DNA of 64,000 nucleotides from Chloroflexota bacterium (lineage in GTDB: Bacteria > Chloroflexota > Dehalococcoidia > Lucifugimonadales > UBA3495), in the NCBI GenBank assembly GCA_028875055.1, contig JAPPGG010000069.1, positions 1,140-65,139 on the forward strand, written 5' to 3'. Shown piece by piece: positions 9,837-20,179 of this stretch (position 1 is the stretch's first letter; every line of letters begins with the position of its first letter). A program made the position numbers and the translations under genes. The notes beneath the pieces are model-generated. The model saw only the letters and a list, made by a program, of their open reading frames with translations. It ran no database searches and was not told the DNA's origin.

Positions 9837-11030
9837 CTAGATCACGTTCAACTGCCGCAACTGGGTGAACTGCTGCTCGTCGTACTCGAGCCCTTCCACG
9901 TAAATCTCCCGGTTGTGCTGGCCGATAGTAGGGGCGGGATACTCCAGTCGGTAGGGAGTTTCGCTTAGCTTGAACAGCTCCGCCGGCACCCGGACGGTAC
10001 CCAGCTCCGGATGTTCAATTTCCCTGAAGAAATTGCGGGACTCCAGCTGAGGGCACTGGGCCAGTTCCGACGGAGTTTGCACCAGGCCGAACAGCATTCG
10101 GTATTCCGCCGCCTTGGGAAACAGGTCCCACTTGCCCCTTTCGCTAATGGACTCAATGACGATGCGGTCCAGTTCCTCGCCGTTTTCCGCTCGCTGGGCC
10201 CGGTCGGCGAATCGCTCCTCCAGCATCTCGGGGCACTGGAAGAACTCCGACAGGTCCTCCCAGGAGGCGCCGCCGCCGGTCTGAACAATAATCCACCCGT
10301 CCTGGCACGGCATGGGATGGCCGAACATGCTCCCGCTGGCCCGCCGCCTGACCTGCGTGCCGCCCATGAATGGATACATGGTCTGGGTGGCCATCATCGT
10401 CGAAGCCACGCATTCGGTAATGGAAACGTCTATGTGCTCTCCCTGGCCCGTAAATTCCCGGCCAAACAGGGCCATGGAAGTAGTAGCGGCGGCAAAGAGA
10501 CCCCCCTCGTACTGGGCCTGAAACCCTCCGTGCTTGAGAGGTTCCCGTCCCTGCACTCCGCTGATGCTCATGATCATGCCCATGGCGTAGTTGACGATTT
10601 CTTCGCCCCGGTACTGGCTGTAGGGGCCGTCCTGGCCAAAGGGCGTAACTGAGGTGACGGTCAGTTCCGGGTTCAGTTCCTTCAATTCGTCGAAGCCCAG
10701 GCCAAGGGACGCGAGGTAGCCCGGCCGGTAACTTTCCACGATGACATCCACGCGTGGGGCCAGGCGCTTCAGGATATCCTGTCCCGTCACCGTTTCCAGG
10801 TTGAGTGTGGCGCCCTTCTTGTTGAGGTTCAATACCAGGAAGAAGAGGCTCTTTTCCGGGTGGGCATCGTCATGAAAAAAGGGCCCCATCCGGCGCAGGG
10901 CCGCGCCGCCGGGAGGCTCCACCTTCAGTACATCGGCGCCGTAGTCGGCCAGGAGACGGGCGCAAAACGAACCGGCAATGTCCTCGCTGAGGTCCAGAAC
11001 CTTAACCCCGTCCAGCGCGCCAGTTAACAT
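9837..11030 (-). CDS. Family III CoA-transferase, subunit lacking the catalytic Asp
   Basis: LDGVKVLDL, LADYGADVLKVE, NLNKK, FGQDGPY; QAQYEGG at the Asp position. Confidence 0.9.
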   Translation of the reverse strand: MLTGALDGVKVLDLSEDIAGSFCARLLADYGADVLKVEPPGGAALRRMGPFFHDDAHPEKSLFFLVLNLNKKGATLNLETVTGQDILKRLAPRVDVIVESYRPGYLASLGLGFDELKELNPELTVTSVTPFGQDGPYSQYRGEEIVNYAMGMIMSISGVQGREPLKHGGFQAQYEGGLFAAATTSMALFGREFTGQGEHIDVSITECVASTMMATQTMYPFMGGTQVRRRASGSMFGHPMPCQDGWIIVQTGGGASWEDLSEFFQCPEMLEERFADRAQRAENGEELDRIVIESISERGKWDLFPKAAEYRMLFGLVQTPSELAQCPQLESRNFFREIEHPELGTVRVPAELFKLSETPYRLEYPAPTIGQHNREIYVEGLEYDEQQFTQLRQLNVI

Positions 11031-11200
11031 AAACTACATTGACCCTTGCTATTTTTGGAATCGAAGGGGATTTTAGCCCAACCTGCTATGTAAGGCAAAC
11101 GTGGCCCGCCCCTGCAATGGTACGATGTTGCGCCGGCAAAGGAACGTGGTGAATAATGGGTTGGCAAAAGACATCGGCAAGACTTTGGAAGGAGCATTCC

Positions 11201-11986
11201 ATGCGTGAGAATCGTGTAAAGAAAGTTATTCGCGAAGGGAAGCTGGCCCTGGGAACTTACGTGACCTTCGCCGACCCCCAGATAGTTGAGATCATTGGCC
11301 TGGCCGGTTACGACGCCGCATTCATTGACATGGAGCACACCGATTTCGACCTGCGCCTGGTGGGTGAGATGATTCGTGCCGCCGACCTGGCCGGAGTGAC
11401 CTCCATAGTCCGCGTGCCCGACAACGACGAAAAGCTGATTCTCCGAATCCTGGACGCCGGCGCCGAGGGCATCATCATTCCCCACGTTGACGGCCTGGAA
11501 GGCGCCAGGCGGGCAGTCGCAGCGGTGCGGTACCCTCCCCTCGGCCACCGGGGCGGCGCCGGCGGCACTCGCGCTGCCGGCTACGGCACCATATCCTGGG
11601 ACGACCATTGCCGGCAGTCCAACGAGCAGATCCTGCTCTCGGTCATGACTGAGGACGAAAAGGGAGTCAACGATATTGAGGCCATTGCCGGCCTTGAGGG
11701 CATTGACCTGGTCTCCATCGGCCCCACCGATTTTTCCGAATATATGGGCATTCGGGACCCGCAAAGCCCGGAGTTGCGGGCCAAGCTGACCGAACTCGCG
11801 GATCGTATCAAAAGCATTGGCAAGGCCAGGATGCAATTTCCCATGAATCACCCGGCCATGCCCCTGGGGCCCGGGGAGCTGCAGGAATTGGGTGTAGGCT
11901 ATACCCACGTCGCGCCGGCTCCCCCCGCTGTGCTCATGCGTTCCCTGCGAGACCGTCTCCAGACTATCAGGCAGGAAATTGGCTGA
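11201..11986 (+). CDS. HpcH/HpaI aldolase family
   Basis: IDMEH, VRVP, LDAGAEGIIIPHV, RYPPLGHRG, IGPTD; ATG at 11201 after GAAGGAG. Confidence 0.9.
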   Translation: MRENRVKKVIREGKLALGTYVTFADPQIVEIIGLAGYDAAFIDMEHTDFDLRLVGEMIRAADLAGVTSIVRVPDNDEKLILRILDAGAEGIIIPHVDGLEGARRAVAAVRYPPLGHRGGAGGTRAAGYGTISWDDHCRQSNEQILLSVMTEDEKGVNDIEAIAGLEGIDLVSIGPTDFSEYMGIRDPQSPELRAKLTELADRIKSIGKARMQFPMNHPAMPLGPGELQELGVGYTHVAPAPPAVLMRSLRDRLQTIRQEIG

Positions 11987-12064
11987 GTCCTCGAACTGAC
12001 CGTGGCGCCGGCCTTTGACTGTTGCCGGTAGAATTGTTCGGCGCCCTTTTATTTGCTTTCTGAT

Positions 12065-12829
12065 ATGCGTTTTCCGACCGTCGCCGTTTCCCTGTTGCTG
12101 TTCCTTCTCGTGGTGGCCTGCGCCGAGAGTGGCCTGGCCGAACCCATCGCTCTGCCGCAGCCCTTGCCCACGAATACGCCCCAGCCGGCGGCAACTGACC
12201 TGCCGGTAGCGACTCCCTTGCCCGCGGCAACCGATATTCCCATGGCGACTCCCCTGTCCGCCGCGACTGACCTGCCCACGGCAGCTCCCCTTCCCATGGC
12301 AACTGAAATACCCACGGCCACCTTGTACCCAACAGTTGCCCCGCTGCCCGCAGCCACCGAATTGCCTACTGCCGAGCCGGCCTCCCCGGCGCCGGTCCTG
12401 CCGGTGGCTGAACCGACCCCGGAGGAGCTGCTGCCGCTGGTCACCATCGGTGAAGCTTCCTGGCCCGTGGAATTGGCCGTCACGCCTGAGGAGCGGTCCC
12501 GGGGCCTTTCCGGCCGGGAAGTCCTGCCCGAGGGCTTCGGCATGCTGTTCGTTTTTGAGGGCGACCATCATTTGAGCTTCTGGATGCGGGAAATGAACTT
12601 TCCCCTGGACATGGCCTGGATTGATTCTTCCTGCCACGTGGTTGACGTAACCCGGGATGCCCCTGTTCCTGAACCTGGCCAGTCTCTTTCTGACCTTCCC
12701 AGGTTCTCTCCGTCCCAACCGGCCAGGTTCGTCCTGGAAATTAACGCCGGGGAATTTGATGGAATGGACGCGAGCATTGGAGAGGCAGTCCGGTTTGAAG
12801 GCGCTCTCCAGGGTCAATACGGCTGTTGA
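12065..12829 (+). CDS. Predicted lipoprotein with Pro/Thr/Ala repeat stalk and C-terminal DUF192 domain
   Basis: Signal peptide with lipobox LVVAC; VELAVTPEERSRGL, GMLFVF, FWM...FPLD, VLEINAG. Confidence 0.85.
   Translation: MRFPTVAVSLLLFLLVVACAESGLAEPIALPQPLPTNTPQPAATDLPVATPLPAATDIPMATPLSAATDLPTAAPLPMATEIPTATLYPTVAPLPAATELPTAEPASPAPVLPVAEPTPEELLPLVTIGEASWPVELAVTPEERSRGLSGREVLPEGFGMLFVFEGDHHLSFWMREMNFPLDMAWIDSSCHVVDVTRDAPVPEPGQSLSDLPRFSPSQPARFVLEINAGEFDGMDASIGEAVRFEGALQGQYGC
12190..12375 (+). repeat. Degenerate 36-bp (12-aa, ATDLPxATPLPA) coding tandem repeat
   Basis: ATDLPVATPLPA / ATDIPMATPLSA / ATDLPTAAPLPM / ATEIPTA... / ATELPTA. Confidence 0.8.
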
Positions 12830-12948
12830 ATGGCTGGCCTGCCCGCCGGCCGGGATTGCGTACGCCGATACGGTGGGTTAGAGTGAATCGGCCCCGCGGC
12901 TGCCACCGCTGCAGCCCGCGGCAAGTAGATCGAGAGGACTGATCATTT

Positions 12949-13878
12949 ATGGAAGTACTGGTATCCGGATCCCTGGCCTACGACAGAATCATGGATTTTC
13001 CCGGGCGTTTTTCCGAACACATAATGCCCGACAAGATCCATATGATTAACGTCAGCTTCACCGTCAACGGACTGAAGGAGAACTTTGGCGGAACGGCTGG
13101 CAACATTGCCTACAGCCTCTCCCTGCTGGGGGAGAAACCCCGCATCGTCGCCACCATCGGGCACGACTACCATCGCTATTTCCAGTGGTTCCAAGAATGC
13201 GGACTCTCCACCGACAACATTCGCATCGTCGAGGAAGAAGCCACAGCCTCCGCATACATAACCACGGACCTGGCCGACAACCAGATTACCGGGTTCAATC
13301 CCGGGGCCATGAAACAACAGGCAGGTTTCGACTTTGGAGGCATCGACCCCAACGACGCCATCGCCATAGTGTCTCCGGGTAACATCCAGGACATGGCTGA
13401 GTTTACCGACACCCACCAAAGGCTGGGCATTTACTCGATTTTCGACCCGGGCCAGTCCCTCCCCGCCTGGGCAGGCGATGACCTGGCCCACTGCATCGCC
13501 AGTTCACGTATGCTGGTTTCCAATGACTACGAGCTGGCCCTGATCCGGGACCGGACCGGAAAGTCCACCGGGGAACTGGTTGAAATGGCCGGAACCATCA
13601 TTACCACCAAGGGAGAGCAGGGAACCGAAATTCTGACCCGGGTGGGCGCCATTCCCGTGCCCGCCGTTCACACTTCCGACGTGGTGGACCCCACCGGCGC
13701 CGGCGATGCCTTCCGGGGCGGCCTCATCAAGGGCCTGGTTGATGGAGCATCCCTTGAGCGGTCCGTAATGATGGGTACCGTATGCTCCCACTATGCCATC
13801 CGCAAGCTCGGTACCCAGGAGTACTACTTCACCTCAGAGGAGTTTGAAGCCACCCTCGTGGAGAACTTCGGGGCCTGA
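12949..13878 (+). CDS. PfkB family kinase (bacterial adenosine/nucleoside kinase-like)
   Basis: GSLAYD, FGGTAGNIAY, DPTGAGDAFRGG. Confidence 0.9.
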   Translation: MEVLVSGSLAYDRIMDFPGRFSEHIMPDKIHMINVSFTVNGLKENFGGTAGNIAYSLSLLGEKPRIVATIGHDYHRYFQWFQECGLSTDNIRIVEEEATASAYITTDLADNQITGFNPGAMKQQAGFDFGGIDPNDAIAIVSPGNIQDMAEFTDTHQRLGIYSIFDPGQSLPAWAGDDLAHCIASSRMLVSNDYELALIRDRTGKSTGELVEMAGTIITTKGEQGTEILTRVGAIPVPAVHTSDVVDPTGAGDAFRGGLIKGLVDGASLERSVMMGTVCSHYAIRKLGTQEYYFTSEEFEATLVENFGA

Positions 13879-14098
13879 CCAAACCCAACTGGTTGACCAA
13901 AGAAGACAGGGCGGGAATTTCCCGCCCTGGCTTGACGTCGGCCATCTGAAATCGGGGGTAGGCCTGAACCGGACTCTTCCGCGCCGCCGGGTGAAACTCG
14001 GAAAGGGGGTGAGGTCCCCCAAACTTAGCCTGCCTTAATGCAGGATAGCCCGTCCGCTTCCATTTCGGCGGGGTCCACCTTGACTGTTCGGGCGCTTC

Positions 14099-15196
14099 CT
14101 AAATTGTCGTACTGTTGATGACGTGGGGATTGTTCACCACGCCCGGGTTCAGGGAGTGGACTGAGGTGTGACCGCAGTGGCCCAGTACCAGGTCAACTTC
14201 CTGCCGTAAAATCTCCAGCATCAGCCGGACGCCATCCGCCCCGTTCCAGGCCAGCCCCCAGAACAGCGGCCGCCCCACCAGCACTGCCCGCGCCCCCATC
14301 GACAGCGCCTTTATGACGTCGCTGCCCCGCCGGATTCCCGAGTCCATGTATATTTCCGCGCGGTCCTGCACCGCCTCCACTATCTCCGGAAGCATTTCTA
14401 TGGTGGACAGCGTGCCGTCCAGCTGCCGCGCCCCGTGGTTGGATACCCAGATGCCCTCCACTCCGTGCTGCACCGCCTGGTAAGCATCCTCCGCCGTCCT
14501 CACGCCCTTCAGTACAATGGGCAGCGATGTCTGTTCCCGCAGCCAGCCCAGTTCGCCCCAGGTCAGGGGAACGTTCCAGGGGCGCTGGTAATACAGGGCC
14601 TCCAGCGTATCCGGTACCAGGCCCAGTCCCGCTTCCTCGCCTACGAAATTGCCCGGGTTAAATCCCCGCGGCCTCTCCGAGCCGTGCCGGATACTCCGCT
14701 CAATGGGGCTGTTGATGGGAGTGTCGATGGTCAGGGCGATGGCCTTGTAACCTGCCCGCTCCGCCCGTTTCACCAGCATCGCGCTGGTTTTCTGGTCCTG
14801 GTGGTAAAGCTGGAACCACAGGGGCCCGCTGGATACTTCCGCCACCTGCTCAATGCTGAAATGGGAACCGGTAGCCAGCGTCATCAGGGTTCCAGCGGCG
14901 CCGGCCCCTTTAGCGGTGGCAAGTTCTCCCTCCGGATGGGCCATCTGGTGGCCGCCGGCGGGAGCAACCATCACGGGAAAGCTTATCTTCTCCCCCAGGA
15001 CGGTGGTGGACAGGTCCCGGTCCGACACGTCCTGCATAAAGCGGGGGCGAAGGGTTATAGCCTCCAGCGCGGCCCGGTTTCGCCTGACGGTTACTTCGTC
15101 CTGGGCTCCACCGTCAATAAAGGCCCAGGCATGGGGACTGATGAACCGGGAAGCGTGCTCCTCCAGTTCATACAGGTTCAATGGTTCCAGTCGCAT
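14099..15196 (-). CDS. FMN-dependent alpha-hydroxy-acid oxidase/dehydrogenase
   Basis: WFQLY, LTIDTP, SNHGARQLD, DSGIRRGSD, VGRP. Confidence 0.92.
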   Translation of the reverse strand: MRLEPLNLYELEEHASRFISPHAWAFIDGGAQDEVTVRRNRAALEAITLRPRFMQDVSDRDLSTTVLGEKISFPVMVAPAGGHQMAHPEGELATAKGAGAAGTLMTLATGSHFSIEQVAEVSSGPLWFQLYHQDQKTSAMLVKRAERAGYKAIALTIDTPINSPIERSIRHGSERPRGFNPGNFVGEEAGLGLVPDTLEALYYQRPWNVPLTWGELGWLREQTSLPIVLKGVRTAEDAYQAVQHGVEGIWVSNHGARQLDGTLSTIEMLPEIVEAVQDRAEIYMDSGIRRGSDVIKALSMGARAVLVGRPLFWGLAWNGADGVRLMLEILRQEVDLVLGHCGHTSVHSLNPGVVNNPHVINSTTI

Positions 15197-15369
15197 TTCT
15201 TGGCCTCCGACAATTCACCTGCCGAAGCCCTCTCATTCACCAGGTGTGGCCGCGGCGCGCCAATTATACACCGGAACCTCCGCCCTTACCGAACTTCCGG
15301 GGCGCCCGGCAGGGCAACGCGCCTCCGGAGTTCGGACCGAGTCAGCGCTTGCTGACCTGCGGGGGTCGC

Positions 15370-15690
15370 TCAGGCGTTCGGTGGGCGATAGTTCACCGGG
15401 ATGCTGGCCGCCGCGTCAATCTCTTCGGGAGTCAGCAATGCGGTTGTGCTCCAGCTGATCGCTCCCGCAGATGCGATGCTCATACCCAGCGCGGTTGCAT
15501 TTGCCCGCTCCGGGACTTCAAAGATGACATAAAGGTCATCCTCGCCAAAGGCGAAATAGAGCGACTCAACCGTCCCTCCAACGGAGCCTATGGCTTCAGT
15601 TATGGCATTCTTGCGGGAGGTACCCCCTTCGTTTATCAGTCCCTTCAGTCCTTCCACGGAATAGGACGCCTTGGCCAGGTATTTCGGCAT
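15370..15690 (-). CDS. GYD domain protein
   Basis: MPKYL..ASYS.EG, GGTVESLYFAFGEDDLYVI, TTALLTPEE. Confidence 0.85.
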   Translation of the reverse strand: MPKYLAKASYSVEGLKGLINEGGTSRKNAITEAIGSVGGTVESLYFAFGEDDLYVIFEVPERANATALGMSIASAGAISWSTTALLTPEEIDAAASIPVNYRPPNA

Positions 15691-15745
15691 AATCGCTTCC
15701 TCCTCTCTGTAAGTCCTCAAGCATTATGATCTTAACCCGCAAACG

Positions 15746-16510
15746 TCATCGCAGGTGGGAACCGGCGTCCACCATTATGGTCTCGCCGGTCACATGTTCC
15801 GCTCCCTCCAGCAGCCATACCACCGGTTCAGCCACAATGTCCGGGTGGCCGGCTGCCTTCAGGGGAGTCCCCTGCGCGTATCTCTCGATGAAGGCGTTGT
15901 AGTTCTCCTCGCCCAGTCCTTCCCGCCACCACCGGGTCTGCATCACCCCTGGGCAAACGGCGTTGACCCGTATTTCCGGCGCCAAAGCCCGCGCCAGGGA
16001 CAGCGTCATCGTATTGAGCGCGCCCTTGGACGCGGCATAGGCGATGGAACTGCCCGAACCGCTGAACCCGGACCCGGAAGAGATGTTGACTATGGCCCCC
16101 CTGCCCTGCGCCTTCATGGCCGGGGCCACCGCCCGCACCGTCTGGTATGCCCCGACCACGTTTACCGCGAAAATCTGGTTGAAGTCCTCGGCCGTCAGCC
16201 CATCCAGGTCCGAGTGGGTCACAATCTTGGAGCGGGCCGCGTTGTTCACCAGTCCGTCAATCCGCCCCCAGCGGTCCAGCGCCTCCCGGGCCATGCGGCG
16301 GCAGTCCTCGTCCACCGAGACGTCCGCCTGGCAGAGCATCGCTTCGCCCCCCAGGGCCGCGCACGCCTCGGCCGTCTCTTTTGCCTCGGCAGCGGAGCGG
16401 GTGTAATTGACGACTACCCGGCCCCCCCGGCCGGCCAGGCGCTGGGCCACCGATGCCCCCAGGCCCGTGGCCGACCCGGTAACAATGAAGACGCCGCCCT
16501 CAATTTCCAT
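15746..16510 (-). CDS. Short-chain dehydrogenase/reductase
   Basis: TGSATGLG, LVNNA, YAASK, RVNAVCPG. Confidence 0.92.
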   Translation of the reverse strand: MEIEGGVFIVTGSATGLGASVAQRLAGRGGRVVVNYTRSAAEAKETAEACAALGGEAMLCQADVSVDEDCRRMAREALDRWGRIDGLVNNAARSKIVTHSDLDGLTAEDFNQIFAVNVVGAYQTVRAVAPAMKAQGRGAIVNISSGSGFSGSGSSIAYAASKGALNTMTLSLARALAPEIRVNAVCPGVMQTRWWREGLGEENYNAFIERYAQGTPLKAAGHPDIVAEPVVWLLEGAEHVTGETIMVDAGSHLR

Positions 16511-16628
16511 GGAACACTCCTCCCTCAAGGGGTATTAATCGCCCTTTGCCGGGGATTATCAGCGCCTGTTCGTAGTGAGTGAAGGGGGAAGGCAATAGCA
16601 GTGATGCACGGAAGACCCGGCTGGCAAG

Positions 16629-18500
16629 TCAGGAGAACCACCCTACCCATTTGTCTCCGAGCAGTACGATGTAGATGACAATCAACCCGGTCCCCACCAC
16701 TATTGAGAGGGAAATGTCCAGCATCCGGCTTTGCGTGTCCGGGAACCTGATTTCATAGTGGCGGTACTCGTCCGACGCTTCGATGGGCTCCAGCTTGTGC
16801 TCATCCCGCTCCCGTTGCAGGTCCCACGCATGGGCCAGAAGGAAGACTACCACGGCGGATATCACCATCGCAAAAATATCCACCAGGAAACGCTTCCAGC
16901 CATCGACCACCTGCAGGGGCAGCGAGAACAGGGCCAGGCCGATGGTAATGGAGCCAAATATGCCCAGCGCGAAAATCTCCCCCAGGTGAATGTCCACCTG
17001 CTTGGACCGGATAAGTCCGTCAAGTTCGCTTTCCACCTCCGTCAACGCCTGCAGATCGAAATCGGACAGGGCGCTCATATCCACCGCGGTGATGTGACGA
17101 CGCGCTTGAACGTAGTGCATTTTCAGGCTCGCCGGATTGTCAGCCTGGTCAATACCCAGGATGCAGTTGCAAATATCGCTGTTCACAACTCCCCTGCGTT
17201 GTAACAGGTCAACTTTCCGAAAGATGCTGAAAGTACGGTTGTCCTCGTCCGTGGTTCGGGATGACATGCGCGCCACCCGGAAGGCCAGCAGCAATGCGAA
17301 AATGGTGGCGGAAAGGGCCACCGCCCCAAAGTATCCGCCCTCGTTCCATTGCCAGTTGACCACGCCGATGAACTCAAAAATGTGGTCCCGCATATAGACG
17401 ATTGCGCCGCAGGTGCCCAGTCCCAGTATCAATGCTTCAAAGCCCAGCTGCACCTCTGCTTCAAAGTTGATGATCAGATTGGAGGTGATGATGGCCGCAG
17501 TGCCGATGATGAGGTAGGAGGCGTTGATGTCGCCAATCTGGCCGGCAAAGGCCAGGAACGCCAGCGACAGGATGGGAGTGCCGTACGTCAGTGAATGGAT
17601 GCCCAGGTTTCGGGTCAGGGTCGAGGCGAAGTTCCACAGCGCCCCCGCGATGCCCGCGCTGAGGATACCCCCAATCACCCCCAGCAGCAGGCCGCTCGGC
17701 GAAAGCCATTCCCCGGTGAAGGCCCCGTAGCCCACGCCCACCACGCCATTGAGGGCCGCCGCCACCAGGTTGGCCAGCAACGCCGCCACCAGCAAGAAGA
17801 ACAGACCAAGGGATTCTTCACTGTGGGACTCCGCCAACGCAGACGGAATGTCGGCGTGGGTGAGCGTGTTGTGGCTCCAAACCCAGCTGAACCCGGCAAA
17901 AGCGGTGATGAAGGCCGCCGCCAGGGCCAGGGCCAAGCCAACATATACCCTTGAGGGAAACTCATGCAGGGTCTGCCTGCCCAGTTCGGTAAACCCGTTG
18001 GTCTGGCTGGCCAACACGAAGACGATTCCTATCAGGGCAATGAACAGCATTAACAGGGTCATTCTGTGGACATTGTGCTGCCTGCCGCTGGTCCACCGGG
18101 CCACTATGAAAATCAGCAGCAAGGGAGAAAGCTCGAAGAACACGGCGCCGGCCGAAGGGTCGGCCCATCGGAACGCCAGCCCCAGCACCGCAAAGTCAAA
18201 GTAGCTGGCCACCACTCCTCCCATTTCCGGCGAGAAAAAGCGTCGGCGGATGAACCCGTAGATTTCCCCGTTGCCCAGAACCCTCCAGAAAATCGCCAGC
18301 AGCAGCGCAAGAACGAATGCCGCAATGCCCAGCCGCATGGTTGCCCCGTATAGAAAGGGGTTGTGGTCTCCCCCCAGCGCGATTACCAGGGGTACCAGCC
18401 CAAAAAATGCCACAGCCGCCAGCATGTAGGTGGTGGCGCCGGCGCTGGTATTCCGAAACCGGTTTCTAGCCTGGACAGAAGTGGAGTTTTGGGTAGCCAT
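16629..18500 (-). CDS. Polytopic membrane protein: DMT/EamA-like N-terminal part with an extra C-terminal membrane/soluble region
   Basis: About 10 hydrophobic helices in the first ~345 aa with EamA-like spacing (FFELSPLL, TPILSL), followed by further helices around a soluble loop. Confidence 0.65.
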   Translation of the reverse strand: MATQNSTSVQARNRFRNTSAGATTYMLAAVAFFGLVPLVIALGGDHNPFLYGATMRLGIAAFVLALLLAIFWRVLGNGEIYGFIRRRFFSPEMGGVVASYFDFAVLGLAFRWADPSAGAVFFELSPLLLIFIVARWTSGRQHNVHRMTLLMLFIALIGIVFVLASQTNGFTELGRQTLHEFPSRVYVGLALALAAAFITAFAGFSWVWSHNTLTHADIPSALAESHSEESLGLFFLLVAALLANLVAAALNGVVGVGYGAFTGEWLSPSGLLLGVIGGILSAGIAGALWNFASTLTRNLGIHSLTYGTPILSLAFLAFAGQIGDINASYLIIGTAAIITSNLIINFEAEVQLGFEALILGLGTCGAIVYMRDHIFEFIGVVNWQWNEGGYFGAVALSATIFALLLAFRVARMSSRTTDEDNRTFSIFRKVDLLQRRGVVNSDICNCILGIDQADNPASLKMHYVQARRHITAVDMSALSDFDLQALTEVESELDGLIRSKQVDIHLGEIFALGIFGSITIGLALFSLPLQVVDGWKRFLVDIFAMVISAVVVFLLAHAWDLQRERDEHKLEPIEASDEYRHYEIRFPDTQSRMLDISLSIVVGTGLIVIYIVLLGDKWVGWFS

Positions 18501-18618
18501 AGTGGGGATATTAGAGCATAGGAATAGGAGGTTTTCAACTTGAATGGCTGCTTTTCGTAGCCAAAGTAATAAGGCAGCAAGGGTTTAGAATTAGCGGGAT
18601 TTCCGTGCCAGTCAACCC

Positions 18619-18715
18619 CGTCATCCCGGCGAATGCCGGTATCCAGGAGTCCTGGCTGCGCATGACCTGTATTCCTGGCCACCCTTGCTGGATTCCGGCC
18701 TGGGCAGGCATGACG
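18619..18715. repeat. CGTC-type REP inverted pair
   Basis: CGTCATCCCGGCGAATGCCGGTATCCAG (18619-18646) and inverted CTGGATTCCGGCCTGGGCAGGCATGACG (18688-18715). Confidence 0.75.
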
Positions 18716-18851
18716 AGTTCCAGGCCGCCGCGACTCATCAACTCTGACAGATGCCCTGCGGGTTATTCCCATTGACTAACCACTGGCCCTGCGTTAGCCT
18801 AATTTCGTCAAGTCCCCCGCCCGTCGGGGTAGCTTTGCGAGGATGCAGAAA

Positions 18852-19403
18852 ATGACACAGGAATCCCAGTCGGCCCTTACTCCCGAAGTCAGCGCGATGA
18901 TTGGGGTGTCAGGCGACGTGGTCGAGGCTTGGGGAGAGGTCGATGGCGAGTACTTGCGCCGCTTCACCCAGGCAGTGATGGACCCGGATCCCAGGTACTG
19001 GGACAAGGAGTTCGCCGAGTCCACTCACTATGGCGAGATCATTACCCCTCCCATCATGGTCAGTTACCTGGCCTCCCGCATCAGGCCAGATCAGGACGAC
19101 CCCGTTACCAGGGCCTTCGAGGAAAATCCCGAGTCTGACGGCATTGGCTCCATCGAGCGACCCGGAGAATTGCCGCCGGTGCCCACAAACCTGGTGCGCG
19201 TCCTCAATGCGGGAAATGAACTGGAGATTTACAAGTATCCCAGCATTGGCGACAAGGTCTTCTTCCAGAACCGCTATTCCGATATTCGCGAACGGGTCGG
19301 CCGTGACGGAAGGGCCTTCCTGATTATCACCCGGGAGACCACCTACACGAACCAGAAGGACGAATTGCTGTGCATAACCCGGGCCTCGACTATCCGCAGA
19401 TAG
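18852..19403 (+). CDS. MaoC/hot-dog dehydratase, N-terminal-type subunit
   Basis: RRFTQAVMDPDPRYWD, YGEIITPP, LNAGNELE...GD, YTNQKDELL; start could be 18843. Confidence 0.8.
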   Translation: MTQESQSALTPEVSAMIGVSGDVVEAWGEVDGEYLRRFTQAVMDPDPRYWDKEFAESTHYGEIITPPIMVSYLASRIRPDQDDPVTRAFEENPESDGIGSIERPGELPPVPTNLVRVLNAGNELEIYKYPSIGDKVFFQNRYSDIRERVGRDGRAFLIITRETTYTNQKDELLCITRASTIRR

Positions 19404-19443
19404 CAAGGGCGCCTGCCGGTCAATTGCTTGAAATCTTGGCGAG

Positions 19444-20013
19444 GTGGCAAAAATGAGCCTGCCGTTAGAAGAACTGCTCAAGCTGGAGGCGGAAGAAATT
19501 CTGGCCCACAACGAGCGGCCCAAAGCCGACGACCTGCGCAATAAGCAGCAGATCTACTACGACGATGTCGAAGAGGGCATGGAACTGCCCAAGTACATTT
19601 ACAATCCCACCCCTACCCACCTGTTCCGCTGGAGCGCGGCCATCGAGAACTTTCACCGGATCCATTACGATTTGGATTTCGGCCTGAACCACGACAGAAA
19701 CCCCAGCATCCTGGTACACGGCTCCTGGAAGCAGAGCGTGGTTCCCCAGTACTTGAAAGACTGGACATTGCCCAAAGGCTGGCCGTGGAAGGCCCAGTTC
19801 GAACACCGCGCCATGCTGGTGCCTGGCGACATCCTGATTATGTGGGGCCGCGTCACCAGCAAATACGAGAAGGGACAGATGGGCTTCGTTGAACTCGAGA
19901 TCGGCATGAAGACCCATGACGGTATCGAGAGCATGCCTGGGACGGCCACCGTGGTCCTGCCCCTGCGGGGAGGGCCCGACATACCGTATCCCTTCGTGCC
20001 TCCGGCGGACTAG
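19444..20013 (+). CDS. MaoC/hot-dog dehydratase, catalytic-type subunit
   Basis: YYDDVEEGMELP, ENFHRIHYD, ILVHG, PGD, PGTATVVLP. Confidence 0.8.
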   Translation: MAKMSLPLEELLKLEAEEILAHNERPKADDLRNKQQIYYDDVEEGMELPKYIYNPTPTHLFRWSAAIENFHRIHYDLDFGLNHDRNPSILVHGSWKQSVVPQYLKDWTLPKGWPWKAQFEHRAMLVPGDILIMWGRVTSKYEKGQMGFVELEIGMKTHDGIESMPGTATVVLPLRGGPDIPYPFVPPAD

Positions 20014-20179
20014 AGAATCCTTGGTCTCTTCCCTTTCTTTGGCGGAAGGTCGGGATCAGGCTGACGACCTGCAGAAATCCCTCGTCCCCGGAAACCGGTG
20101 GGGTGGGAGCAAGGCCTTGAGCCAGCCCCCTGGCCCGGTCACTCTTTACAATCGATATGCTCAGTGAGGTAGGCAACCG

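Noticed and set aside
11024-12817. 597-aa antisense ORF
   Set aside because: Overlaps two well-supported plus-strand genes; shadow ORF.
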